A DNA stretch of 64,000 nt, from the NCBI GenBank assembly GCA_037441705.1, contig JBBIRR010000016.1, positions 1 through 64,000 of the forward strand. Reading direction: 5' to 3'. A model generated the notes under the pieces. That model had not been told where the DNA came from and ran no database searches. It worked only from the letters and a program-made list of their open reading frames with translations. The translations under genes were made by a program, and so were the position numbers. This DNA is from Ignavibacteriales bacterium (lineage in GTDB: Bacteria > Bacteroidota > Ignavibacteria > UBA10030 > UBA6906). The stretch's first letter is position 1, and each line of letters opens with the position of its first letter. Below are positions 17,355 through 26,447 of the stretch, piece after piece.

Positions 17355-19612
17355 AATCATTATCCGTAATCGTTCGAGAGATACCAATGACTCCTGTACG
17401 CATCTGGCATTGCATCCTTTGCGTCACGATGCTGGCGCATCTGCTCGCGCAGCCTGTTTTCGCGCAAGCGCTCAAGAAACTTACTGTGGATGATGTGAGC
17501 AATCCTGCCCTGACGCGGGCATTTTCCACGCCCAGCACGTGGTGGTTGAACAACAATACAGCATATGTTCTGGATGCGGCGCGTCCAGATTCTACGCGCG
17601 CGCTGGAGCGACTCGACCCACGCTCGGGCAAGCGCTCCGTCGTTTTGCGCTACTCCGATGGGGTTGATGAACTCCGCCGCATCTACGGCGAAGGGACGCC
17701 ACCTTCACTGCCCAAAGCGCCCTCTTCGGTCAGTCCTGACGGACGCTACTGCCTGTACATGATCCAGAACGATATTTTTCTTATGGATCTGCGTGAACGA
17801 AAGATGGAACGCGTCACCGCAACAGAGGCAAAGGAACAAGCTGTCACATTCTCTCCCGACGGACGCAAGCTTGCCTTCGTCCGCAACAACGACATGTTTT
17901 TGTACGACATTCAAACACACAGTGAGAAACGGCTGACGACTGATGGCAACGACTCGACGCTTAACGGGAAGCCCTCCTGGGTGTACTGGGAAGAAGTGTT
18001 CGGCCGCAACGACATTGCCTACTGGTGGTCGCCGGATGCACAGTCCATCGCTTACCTTCATACGGACGAGTCCGGTGTGAGCATCCAGCATTACGTGGAC
18101 ATTACCCCGTGGACGCCGACCGTTACAACGCAGCGTTATCCGAAAGTCGGCGAGAAGAATCCTGCCGTCCGCGTTGGCATCGTTGACCTGACGACGCTCA
18201 AGACCGTGTGGGCCGGCATCGAGCCGCAGGCGTACGAGTACATTGTCCGCGTGGACTGGCTGCCGACAAGCTCGCAGATGTGTATTCGCACGATGAATCG
18301 TCTTCAAACCGAACTTGATTTCTATCTCGTCGAGCGTGCGACGGGAGCAGCGCGCTTTATCATGAAGGACGTCAATGCAGGCTGGGTCAATATCTCCGAC
18401 GATCTGTATTTTATGAAGGATGGCAAACACTTCATCACTGCTTCCGAGCGCGACGGATATGCCCATCTCTATCGCTTTACGCTCGATGGGAAGCTCGTCA
18501 ATCAAATAACGAAAGGAAATTGGGCGCTCAGTTCATCGGCAACCGTCTACTGGGTGCGGAGAGCAATCGCCGGCGTCGATGAAAGCAACAACCTGCTCTA
18601 TTTCACCGCCCTCGAAAAAGCCTCCACGGAGCGACATCTCTACCGAATCTCCTTCGACGGAAGCGGCATGACGAGGCTAACCAAACAGGATGGCAGCCAC
18701 TTCATCTCGATGAGTCCGGACACGCGATACTACTTCGATCGCTTCTCCAATGTGAGCACACCGCCGTCTCTCATCCTGTACGGAACACGCAGTGAGCAAA
18801 CCGTGACGATCGCTCCGTCGTCGTATGCGGGACTGCGAGAATTCGAATTTGTTACACCTGAGTTGTTCACGATACCTGCACGCGATGGGTTCCCCTTGCC
18901 CGCTTCGCTCCTGAAGCCGAAAGAACTTGAGCCAGGAAAGAAATATCCCGTGATCGTCTATGTGTATGGCGGCCCGTCGGCGCCGACGATTGCAAACGCG
19001 TTTACCTCCGGATTGCTCTGGGAAAACGTGTTGGTCGCATCGGGCTTCCTCGTGCTGAAGATTGATAATCGGGCGGCCACAGGTATTAGCAAGAATCTTG
19101 AAAATCTTCTCCTCTATCGGACGCCCGGCGAGGTGGAGCTGAACGATCTGGTAGATGGAGTTCGATGGATGAAGCAGAAGCCCTTTGTCGACCCCGACCG
19201 CTTCGGTATCTACGGATGGAGCGGAGGCGGAACGAATACACTCCTTGCTATGACTCGATCGCAGGAGTTCAAAGCGGGCATCGCCGGCGCAGGTGTTACC
19301 GACTTTCGGCTGTACGATACAAAGTGGGCCGAAGCCATGATGAAAACAGAGAAGGAGAACAAAGGAGGCTACGAGGCAGTTTCGCTGATGAAGTTTGCCA
19401 AAGACCTCCACGGCAAACTGATGCTCATCCACGGCACGCACGATGACAACGTGCATATCCAGAACACGTTTCAGTTTATCCAGGAACTGATCAAGGCAGA
19501 CAAGCTGTTCGAGCTTGCCGTCTATCCCTTGCGCGGCCACGGATTTCAAGATGCGGCCGCCCGACGCCATCTGAACAAGACAATGTTGGATTTTTGGAAA
19601 AGGAATCTCTAG
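17351..19612 (+). CDS. Dipeptidyl peptidase IV-like S9B serine peptidase
   Basis: WVYWEEVF, YPKVGEKNP, VYGGPS, GWSGGG nucleophile, HGTHDDNVH, C-terminal His; start is 17351 (ATGA overlap) or 17387. Confidence 0.92.
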   Translation: MKSLSVIVREIPMTPVRIWHCILCVTMLAHLLAQPVFAQALKKLTVDDVSNPALTRAFSTPSTWWLNNNTAYVLDAARPDSTRALERLDPRSGKRSVVLRYSDGVDELRRIYGEGTPPSLPKAPSSVSPDGRYCLYMIQNDIFLMDLRERKMERVTATEAKEQAVTFSPDGRKLAFVRNNDMFLYDIQTHSEKRLTTDGNDSTLNGKPSWVYWEEVFGRNDIAYWWSPDAQSIAYLHTDESGVSIQHYVDITPWTPTVTTQRYPKVGEKNPAVRVGIVDLTTLKTVWAGIEPQAYEYIVRVDWLPTSSQMCIRTMNRLQTELDFYLVERATGAARFIMKDVNAGWVNISDDLYFMKDGKHFITASERDGYAHLYRFTLDGKLVNQITKGNWALSSSATVYWVRRAIAGVDESNNLLYFTALEKASTERHLYRISFDGSGMTRLTKQDGSHFISMSPDTRYYFDRFSNVSTPPSLILYGTRSEQTVTIAPSSYAGLREFEFVTPELFTIPARDGFPLPASLLKPKELEPGKKYPVIVYVYGGPSAPTIANAFTSGLLWENVLVASGFLVLKIDNRAATGISKNLENLLLYRTPGEVELNDLVDGVRWMKQKPFVDPDRFGIYGWSGGGTNTLLAMTRSQEFKAGIAGAGVTDFRLYDTKWAEAMMKTEKENKGGYEAVSLMKFAKDLHGKLMLIHGTHDDNVHIQNTFQFIQELIKADKLFELAVYPLRGHGFQDAAARRHLNKTMLDFWKRNL

Positions 19613-19932
19613 AAATCCGTATCACTTCCCTGCTCTTCCCGCGACCGACTGGTTGCACAAACATCTCTTTCGTTCCATATCTTCGGAGACGCCAGGTATG
19701 TGCCTGCAACGCCTGGCGTCATCGTAGCCCTCGTTTCTCTGCAGGTTTCTTTCAGATATAACCAAACACGTCCGCCGGGTTCGGCCCAAAACCCGGTTGC
19801 GGCTTGGTGAAGTGCCGAAACAAGCCATTCCCCGAAGGAAAAATTTTCCCCCACCAAAAAATACCCTGTTCGCGGTATGCGCCAGTGTGCTTCAGAGACT
19901 ATATTGGCATTGAAGCTTAAAGGAGAATCCCC

Positions 19933-20082
19933 ATGCGAGTCAAATGTGTTCCAGCCACCCTTCCAAGAAGCGAGCAGATCTTAATGAGTTTGGTTTTGGA
20001 TTTGGAAGTCGGCATGCAGGCGTGGGCCACGACGGTCAAGAGCGCATTGCTCTGCGAGGAGATAACCCTTTGCAAGCAATAG
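19933..20082 (+). CDS. Possible 49-aa small protein
   Basis: ATG 19933 preceded by AAGGAGA; open to TAG 20080-20082; no recognisable motif; too short to appear in the ORF track. Confidence 0.3.
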   Translation: MRVKCVPATLPRSEQILMSLVLDLEVGMQAWATTVKSALLCEEITLCKQ

Positions 20083-20187
20083 TCAAGAAAGGAGTTGCAC
20101 CGACGGCAGTGAGTGTGGGCAGGGTTTTGGGTGCCGTCGGTGCCCGATTGTTCACGACGGCAACCAATTGCGTCAGGTAGGACAGCT

Positions 20188-20433
20188 ATGATACGCAATG
20201 AACCACTCGGACAGAACAAACGGAAAGACGTCCGAGCCAAAGCCTCTCCGACGGCTCAGCAGATGGGCGTGAAGAAACGAGTTCGGTTCGTGTACAACGG
20301 CAATTCCAGCCTCACGGTAACCGGCATCGTCTCCGGGAAGCGGTACACGTTCACGAGGCCGGGGGATATTGTGGAGGTTGACGAGCGAGATCGCAACATG
20401 CTGTTGGCAATGCCGAGCTTGAAAGAGCTCTAA
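20188..20433 (+). CDS. Small hypothetical protein (81 aa)
   Basis: Globular-looking beta-rich segment FVYNGNSSLTVTGIVSGKRYTFTRPGDIVEVDERD; ATG 20188 after AGGA. Confidence 0.6.
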   Translation: MIRNEPLGQNKRKDVRAKASPTAQQMGVKKRVRFVYNGNSSLTVTGIVSGKRYTFTRPGDIVEVDERDRNMLLAMPSLKEL

Positions 20434-20442
20434 ACAGCTCTC

Positions 20443-20676
20443 ATGAACCAGAAAGGACGGACGGCGATGAGCGACTTTGATTCAGCACAGGAAAAGAAGA
20501 GAGGAAAGGTAACGCGCCTCGTACCGCTGTTGGCTCTCGCCGGGTTTTCTGCCATCGTACTCGGCGGCAGGCTTCTTATGCGTGATCGGCGACAGGCTTG
20601 GCAGCGCAGGCAGGGCGCGTTTGAGCCGGCCGAGGAGTTCCGCAGATACGATACGGAGGATTTACTCCTGTCGTAA
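20443..20676 (+). CDS. Small single-TM hypothetical protein
   Basis: One hydrophobic segment LVPLLALAGFSAIVLGG flanked by basic residues; alternative start MSDFD behind AAAGGA. Confidence 0.55.
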   Translation: MNQKGRTAMSDFDSAQEKKRGKVTRLVPLLALAGFSAIVLGGRLLMRDRRQAWQRRQGAFEPAEEFRRYDTEDLLLS

Positions 20677-20679
20677 GCT

Positions 20680-21735
20680 TCACCGTGCAGCGCGCTCGAC
20701 AACGCGAAGCGAGCGATCCAGTTGCTGGCGTGTAAGCGCCTGATGGATGGGAAGCTCCAGCAACTGTTGTGAGAGGCCTTTTGTTCGTTTGAGCCTGTCG
20801 TCGAAAGGCGATTCGGGCCAGCCGGCGCCCGGAAGTGTGCCGTTGTCGAACAACTCTTGCCGCAGGCTATCCCGCTTTCCGTTCTTCACCAGGAAAGGGA
20901 AACTGTAGGGGGTGCAGCCATCGGGCAATTCAGCGTGTAGCGGTTCGAACACATTCCCCGCTGGGAATCGGTCCTTCACATAATTGAAATTCTCCCGCCG
21001 CCTTTCCACGACTTTCTCCACGTCAACAAATTTCAACCGCCACTCGGTGAACGCGGAAAGCATCTTCACATGCAGGACCTGCCGCGGCATACTCCAGTCC
21101 ATATACCCAACGGGGTCAGGACGAACGAGATGCAGCGGGTCGGCACCGGCTGTGAGACGCACGTACACATACTTCGCACGCTGGCCAATGTACTTCTGTA
21201 CCGAGAAACAGCTTCGCACACGCCACTCGTAGTTCGGTCGGAAATCGCCGTAAGGCTCGGCTAAGCGGAGCAATCCCCCTTCCGAATAGAGAAACATCTT
21301 CCGCATGCTGAACACCGCAAAATCACCGTACGTGCCGAGCAATTTTCCTTCGTGCCTAGCTCCAACGCTTAGCGCGCAGTCCTCGATGAGTAAGATATTC
21401 CTGCTTTGCGTCAGCTCGCGCATTTCGCGGAGGCAATAAGGAAAGCCGAAGTAGTGTACATGAAAAACCACGGCAGTCTTGTCGTCGATGAGGCGCTCCA
21501 CCTCTCGCACATCAAACACACACTTGTCGAAAACTTCGTAAAACTTTACCTCGTAGCCCGCTGCGAGCGCTGTGCGGTAGAGTTTTGCCGGTAGATATGC
21601 AGGAAGGATGATATTGGGCGACGCAATATTCTTCCGGCGGGCGATGTACATCAGAACATCTTTCATCGCGTTGCTGGCATTGGCATACAGATACGAGGAG
21701 CCGCCGAGTGACTGCAGATACTGCTGGAAGGTCAT
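20680..21735 (-). CDS. DegT/DnrJ/EryC1/StrS-family PLP-dependent aminotransferase-like protein
   Basis: VHYFGFP, LIEDCALSVG, GTYGDFAVFSMRK (PLP Lys), LLELPIHQ. Confidence 0.8.
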   Translation of the reverse strand: MTFQQYLQSLGGSSYLYANASNAMKDVLMYIARRKNIASPNIILPAYLPAKLYRTALAAGYEVKFYEVFDKCVFDVREVERLIDDKTAVVFHVHYFGFPYCLREMRELTQSRNILLIEDCALSVGARHEGKLLGTYGDFAVFSMRKMFLYSEGGLLRLAEPYGDFRPNYEWRVRSCFSVQKYIGQRAKYVYVRLTAGADPLHLVRPDPVGYMDWSMPRQVLHVKMLSAFTEWRLKFVDVEKVVERRRENFNYVKDRFPAGNVFEPLHAELPDGCTPYSFPFLVKNGKRDSLRQELFDNGTLPGAGWPESPFDDRLKRTKGLSQQLLELPIHQALTRQQLDRSLRVVERAAR

Positions 21736-21764
21736 GGAGGACGCTGGTTGCGCAATGTGGATGA

Positions 21765-23087
21765 CTATTGGTGACCGTTGGCTTTGCCGTTAAACTTGGG
21801 ACGAACGTTGGTCGCGCGCTCCGGGGCCTTTGCCTTCATCAGGCCGTCGGAGAGATTCTGCTTCAGCCGTCCGATAATATGCTTCGCCATGGCCTGCGAA
21901 AGCACGCCGCGCTCTTTCGCCACGGTGCGGAGCAGCAGCCATTCCTTGCCACTGCGACGTCGCAGCGATCGGACGAGCAGGTCAAACTTGTGGCGCACTT
22001 CGGGCTTGAAGGAATGAGGGTTGTACATCAAGATCGTCCAGTTCGGAACATCCCGCGCATCAAGCTCATATTTGTACGGTTCGGTGCCGCGCATGAAGTC
22101 GCATACCTTCTTTCCCATCTTGACGGCTTCCTCCATGCAGAACGCCGTCAGCACTCTGCCGGGCGAATACTTGAACACCTCGCTTCTGTTGGCATTGCCC
22201 GTCAGGTAAACGGCAAGATCATCCCTGAACACGAAGCAGTACAATGTAGCGGCGCGTTTGCCATTGGCGTTCATGAACGCGAGATACAACCAGCCGCGCT
22301 GCGCGAACAACTGCGCTACCTCACGATGGAAGCGGGCAATCCCTGAATCGGCAAAGACACCGCTGTGCCCGTCGTTCCGCCACTTCGCTTGATGTAGAAG
22401 GATAAACTCCTCCATGCCGCGCGGCACGTCCTCCGGACGGGTCACGACTTCGTAAGTGACGGTGAAGTTCTTGTGGAGGTTTCTCTGACGCCGTCGGATC
22501 TCGCGCCTGTTGTCGATTTTGAATGAGGCGAGTGTTTCTTCCCATGTCTCCTTCAGCAGCGTCCGCGGACAATACTCGCTGATGAAGTGTTTGCCCTGAA
22601 AACCTTGCTGCTGCAACGCATCATACAGCACGTGATGGTTCGGCAGCCGATCCGTACATTCCTGAAGGTCAATCACATCAAAGAGGTCGGGATGCTGTGC
22701 CAGATGTGCGGCTACTGCCCGGGCACATTCTTCTTCTCTTCCGCGCTCAAAGAGGACGTCGAGGTAATCGGACGGACCGGTGCCGAGAAATGCCAGACGT
22801 TTGTACGGCACAATACCAACCGCACGAATGCGTTCGACATAAAACGGCGCAATGCCTACAGGCCTCTCGCCTTCGTGCAGCACGACCAGATGAAGTGCAG
22901 CAGCCGGATTCGTCTCGCCAAAGTGTTTCCACCAGGTCCGCTGCCACTCATACGATTGGAATACCGAGGCATCGGCACGCTCCAGTACCATATTCCACGT
23001 CGGCTCGAGAGCATCGAATGCCGTCGGCTCACTTACGACGGTGAGCCTCAGCGTCGTTGGAGATATCGCTTCGTGAAGTGTTTGCAT
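21765..23087 (-). CDS. GNAT-family N-acetyltransferase (CelD/BcsL-like)
   Basis: VFQSYEWQRTWW, GIAPF, SDYLD, YSPGRVL, DFMRGTEPYK motifs; start 23087 or 23111. Confidence 0.85.
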   Translation of the reverse strand: MQTLHEAISPTTLRLTVVSEPTAFDALEPTWNMVLERADASVFQSYEWQRTWWKHFGETNPAAALHLVVLHEGERPVGIAPFYVERIRAVGIVPYKRLAFLGTGPSDYLDVLFERGREEECARAVAAHLAQHPDLFDVIDLQECTDRLPNHHVLYDALQQQGFQGKHFISEYCPRTLLKETWEETLASFKIDNRREIRRRQRNLHKNFTVTYEVVTRPEDVPRGMEEFILLHQAKWRNDGHSGVFADSGIARFHREVAQLFAQRGWLYLAFMNANGKRAATLYCFVFRDDLAVYLTGNANRSEVFKYSPGRVLTAFCMEEAVKMGKKVCDFMRGTEPYKYELDARDVPNWTILMYNPHSFKPEVRHKFDLLVRSLRRRSGKEWLLLRTVAKERGVLSQAMAKHIIGRLKQNLSDGLMKAKAPERATNVRPKFNGKANGHQ

Positions 23088-23107
23088 GTTCCCCTCTGTC
23101 GGCGCGA

Positions 23108-23896
23108 TCATACCCGGCCGTTGACCGGCAGTTCGTCTTGAAACCTGTTCCGTCTGCCGAACAACTTCTTGGTCACCCCGACCATCCACATGAAGGCTTT
23201 TTTTCCACCCGAAAGTATCCATCGCATGTACATCGGGTCGGCATTGTCAAGAACAATCATGCGCCGAATTTCATAGAGATCGGCATAGAAATCCAGCGGA
23301 CCGGAATGTGTGGCGAACGCGCAGTCGTACCCCGCATCACGCACAGCCTGCTTGACTCGCTGGTCCACATCCCCGTATGGATACACCAATGCTTCTGCAC
23401 GTTTCCCGACGATTTCCTCAACCGCTTCCTTCGACCGCACAAGTTCGATGGTCAGTTCCTCATTGTCCAGGTGCGGCAGGGACTTGTGCCGATACGAGTG
23501 TGAGGCAAATTCGATCCCATAATCGGCCATCTCGCGAATGTGGTGCCGTTCCATCAACGACGTGGGAGCGATCCCTTTTCGTTGATCCCATTCGTTGGTG
23601 CGAACGGATGGGTCCGCCACAAGCGATATGAGCGCCGTGAATCCAAACTCTTGCAGTATCGGAAAAGCAATCTGATAATTATTCAAATAACCGTCATCGA
23701 ACGTCAGGAGAACGGGCTTGTGACTCGCGTCCGTGGTACCACGCACCAGGTCCCCAATGCGCGGCGTCGAGAATCCATGATCTGCCATGTACTGCAACTG
23801 GCGACGAAACGTTGACGCGCTGACGATGAACTCCGACGGTCCAAACGTCCCGTCCTCGCATATCTGATGATACATCAAGACCGGTATAACTTTCAT
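23108..23896 (-). CDS. Polysaccharide deacetylase (CE4/NodB)
   Basis: IPVLMYHQI, LTFDDGY, SHSYRH, YPYG motifs. Confidence 0.92.
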   Translation of the reverse strand: MKVIPVLMYHQICEDGTFGPSEFIVSASTFRRQLQYMADHGFSTPRIGDLVRGTTDASHKPVLLTFDDGYLNNYQIAFPILQEFGFTALISLVADPSVRTNEWDQRKGIAPTSLMERHHIREMADYGIEFASHSYRHKSLPHLDNEELTIELVRSKEAVEEIVGKRAEALVYPYGDVDQRVKQAVRDAGYDCAFATHSGPLDFYADLYEIRRMIVLDNADPMYMRWILSGGKKAFMWMVGVTKKLFGRRNRFQDELPVNGRV

Positions 23897-24115
23897 TCGA
23901 TCCCCCTTTTCTGGATTTGTGGTACGAGCAGAGTCAGGCTGCCTTCCGAACCGCGCGAGCGACTCGAACGACGGACGTGTGCCCTGTATGGGGGAATCAA
24001 ATCTCCTATGCTCGAAGAATGCGGAGCCGGTTGGGGCTGCATTCGGGCCCGAGCACATAGAACACTACACGTAGTGGCCGCTGGATGCAAGGGGAAGACC
24101 AATGTTGTGCATCCT

Positions 24116-25264
24116 TTACTGGGATACTGCCACCGGCGCCCCAGTCTTCATCATCATAATAAAATTGCTGAACAAATAGTCGCTATCATGTGGACCGGGG
24201 GAGGCTTCCGGGTGGTATTGTACCGAAAAGATGGGCAGGTGTTTATGCCGAAATCCTTCGTTTGTTCCGTCATTAAGATTCACATGGGTTACTTCCAGGG
24301 TCGCACTATCTAACGTTGCAGGATCCACCGCAAAGCCGTGGTTCTGCGATGTGATCTCGATTTTCTGCGTGAGAAGATTCTTGACAGGATGGTTGCCGCC
24401 GCGATGACCGAACTTGAGTTTGAACGTCCGCGCGTTAAACGCAAGCGCAAGAAGTTGGTGCCCAAGACAAATGCCGAAGATCGGCGTCTTGCCGATGAGG
24501 CGCTTGAGATTCTCGATGGCCGTCCTGACTGCCGCCGGATCACCGGGTCCGTTGGATACAAAAACGCCATCCGGTTGCAGGGCAAGGACTTCATCGGCGG
24601 GATACAACGCCGGCACCACCGTCACGTCGCATCCATAGCTGGTCAGCCGTCGCATGATGTTCTGCTTGATGCCGCAGTCATATGCTACCACTTTGTAGCG
24701 CTTTCCATTGGTCGCCCCGTTGACCAACGGCTTGAGCATGAACGGCGTTTTGTCCACATCATCCCACTTGTACGGCTCTTTGCAGGAGACGACATGCGTT
24801 AGGTCGAGACCGAGCATCTCAGGCGCTCCGCGGACCTTCATGAGCAGCCGATCATCATCCAGATCCAGAGTCGAAAGAATGCCTCGCATGGCTCCTTCTG
24901 TGCGAAGCATTTTGGTGATCATGCGTGTATCGAGGCCCTGCACGGCAACGATGTTGTGACGCTTCAGCCATGCGCCGAGGCTTTCCGTAGCCCTGAAGTT
25001 GCTGGGGAAGTCGAGGTACTCGCGCACGATCACACCAGCCACTTGGGGTCTGGACGACTCGACATCGTCGCCGTTGATCCCATAGTTCCCAATGAGGGGA
25101 TACGTCATGGTCACGATCTGGCCGGCGTAGGAAGGGTCGGTGAAGATTTCCTGATATCCGGAGAGACTGGTGTTGAAGACAACCTCGCCTGCTGTCTCAC
25201 CTTCTGCTCCGAAGGATTCGCCGGTGAGGACAACACCGTTTTCGAACGCGAGCTTTGCTTTCAT
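24116..25264 (-). CDS. carA: Carbamoyl-phosphate synthase small subunit
   Basis: [50 protein letters not shown]. Confidence 0.97.
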   Translation of the reverse strand: MKAKLAFENGVVLTGESFGAEGETAGEVVFNTSLSGYQEIFTDPSYAGQIVTMTYPLIGNYGINGDDVESSRPQVAGVIVREYLDFPSNFRATESLGAWLKRHNIVAVQGLDTRMITKMLRTEGAMRGILSTLDLDDDRLLMKVRGAPEMLGLDLTHVVSCKEPYKWDDVDKTPFMLKPLVNGATNGKRYKVVAYDCGIKQNIMRRLTSYGCDVTVVPALYPADEVLALQPDGVFVSNGPGDPAAVRTAIENLKRLIGKTPIFGICLGHQLLALAFNARTFKLKFGHRGGNHPVKNLLTQKIEITSQNHGFAVDPATLDSATLEVTHVNLNDGTNEGFRHKHLPIFSVQYHPEASPGPHDSDYLFSNFIMMMKTGAPVAVSQ

Positions 25265-25272
25265 GGTGGCTC

Positions 25273-25301
25273 AATATAGCAAAGTCACATCACGGATACA
25301 A
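25273..25301 (-). promoter_or_regulatory. Sigma70-type promoter of carA (near-leaderless)
   Basis: TTGTAT-N17-TATATT; the -10 box ends 8 nt before the ATG; no SD. Confidence 0.5.
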
Positions 25302-25362
25302 GAATGTTCATCACATCGGGCAGACTCTCGGCCAGAAGACGGATGCTCTGGAAATACCTGAA

Positions 25363-26418
25363 TTATCGCCGAAATCCGAAGACCGCCGGTCCAAGCTGCG
25401 CCGTAAAGGTTTTGCGTAACGCGCCTGCGTTTGTATAAATCTTCACATTACCATCACCGGCAAATTCTCGCACATCGGAAACATACACTTCACGCGCAAC
25501 GTCGTCATACCCAAGCCCGTAAAATGTGCCGCTGATGAAGTTCAGCGTGACCGCCTTTGACCCGGCAGCGATGCGATGCACAGGCCCGCCAAAGAAACTT
25601 CCCCGCGTGACGCCGAGCAGGTAGGCATATCCATCGGAGGCGATAAGGATTGATCCCCAAAGATTCTCACTAAAGGAAACAGAGTCGACTTTTGCGAGTG
25701 ACGAAGGATCCAGAATGAAAACCTTTCCGCCGATGGTCGCACTCCCCGAGCAGGCAACCCATACCTTCCCGTCTGCGGCCACGGCGGCTCCCGTGGGCCC
25801 GTGGGAAAGCGCGATCGTCCCGAGCGGCTGCAGCGTTGTCGCATCCACAACCGTCACGGTGCTATCGCTCCCATAGCCGGAGTTGCAAATAAACACCCGG
25901 TTCCCGCTCAGGGCCATCCCCTGCGGGTTCGCGCCGACAGCAATCGAGTCTATCAGCGCCAACGAATTCAGGTTCAGCACGTAGACCGAATTGCTGAACA
26001 GCCGGGTCACATACAAGCGGCTCCTCACCGAATCAATAAGCAGGTCGTGCACCGCCGAACCCGGAAATGTCACCTCCAATTCTTTTCGGTGGGTCGCAAG
26101 ATTCATGACAATGAGGTTCCGTGAACCGCTCATCACGATGTATGCTTTGCCGTTGTAGAACTTCATGTCATCGCCGAGGCTGCCGAGCGAGGAGCCCCCG
26201 TTCGCCGCTTCGTACACATTGCGATACACCGTGTCTCGTTCGACATCATATACCGTAAGTCGAGCGCCCGTCGGATCGTTGAAATTTCCCTCGTTCAATA
26301 CGTAGACCGCCTTCACCACGGGCGGCACAATAAGACCGTCGGGAGGAGTTGATGGATCGTTCTTACACCCCATCACTCCGAACAGCATCGCGGTGAGAAT
26401 CAATACACGGTGTTTCAT
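25363..26418 (-). CDS. BtuG/YncE-like beta-propeller surface lipoprotein (probable cobalamin-binding)
   Basis: Lipobox VMGC; VYVLNEGNF motif; repeated 'IAVGANPQGM' blades; directly downstream of the riboswitch-controlled TBDR. Confidence 0.8.
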   Translation of the reverse strand: MKHRVLILTAMLFGVMGCKNDPSTPPDGLIVPPVVKAVYVLNEGNFNDPTGARLTVYDVERDTVYRNVYEAANGGSSLGSLGDDMKFYNGKAYIVMSGSRNLIVMNLATHRKELEVTFPGSAVHDLLIDSVRSRLYVTRLFSNSVYVLNLNSLALIDSIAVGANPQGMALSGNRVFICNSGYGSDSTVTVVDATTLQPLGTIALSHGPTGAAVAADGKVWVACSGSATIGGKVFILDPSSLAKVDSVSFSENLWGSILIASDGYAYLLGVTRGSFFGGPVHRIAAGSKAVTLNFISGTFYGLGYDDVAREVYVSDVREFAGDGNVKIYTNAGALRKTFTAQLGPAVFGFRR

Positions 26419-26447
26419 GGTACCTCCTGAAAGATGTTGAGAGATGA

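Noticed and set aside
24116-25264. carA without carB as pathway loss
   Set aside because: Split carA/carB is common; cannot be judged from one window
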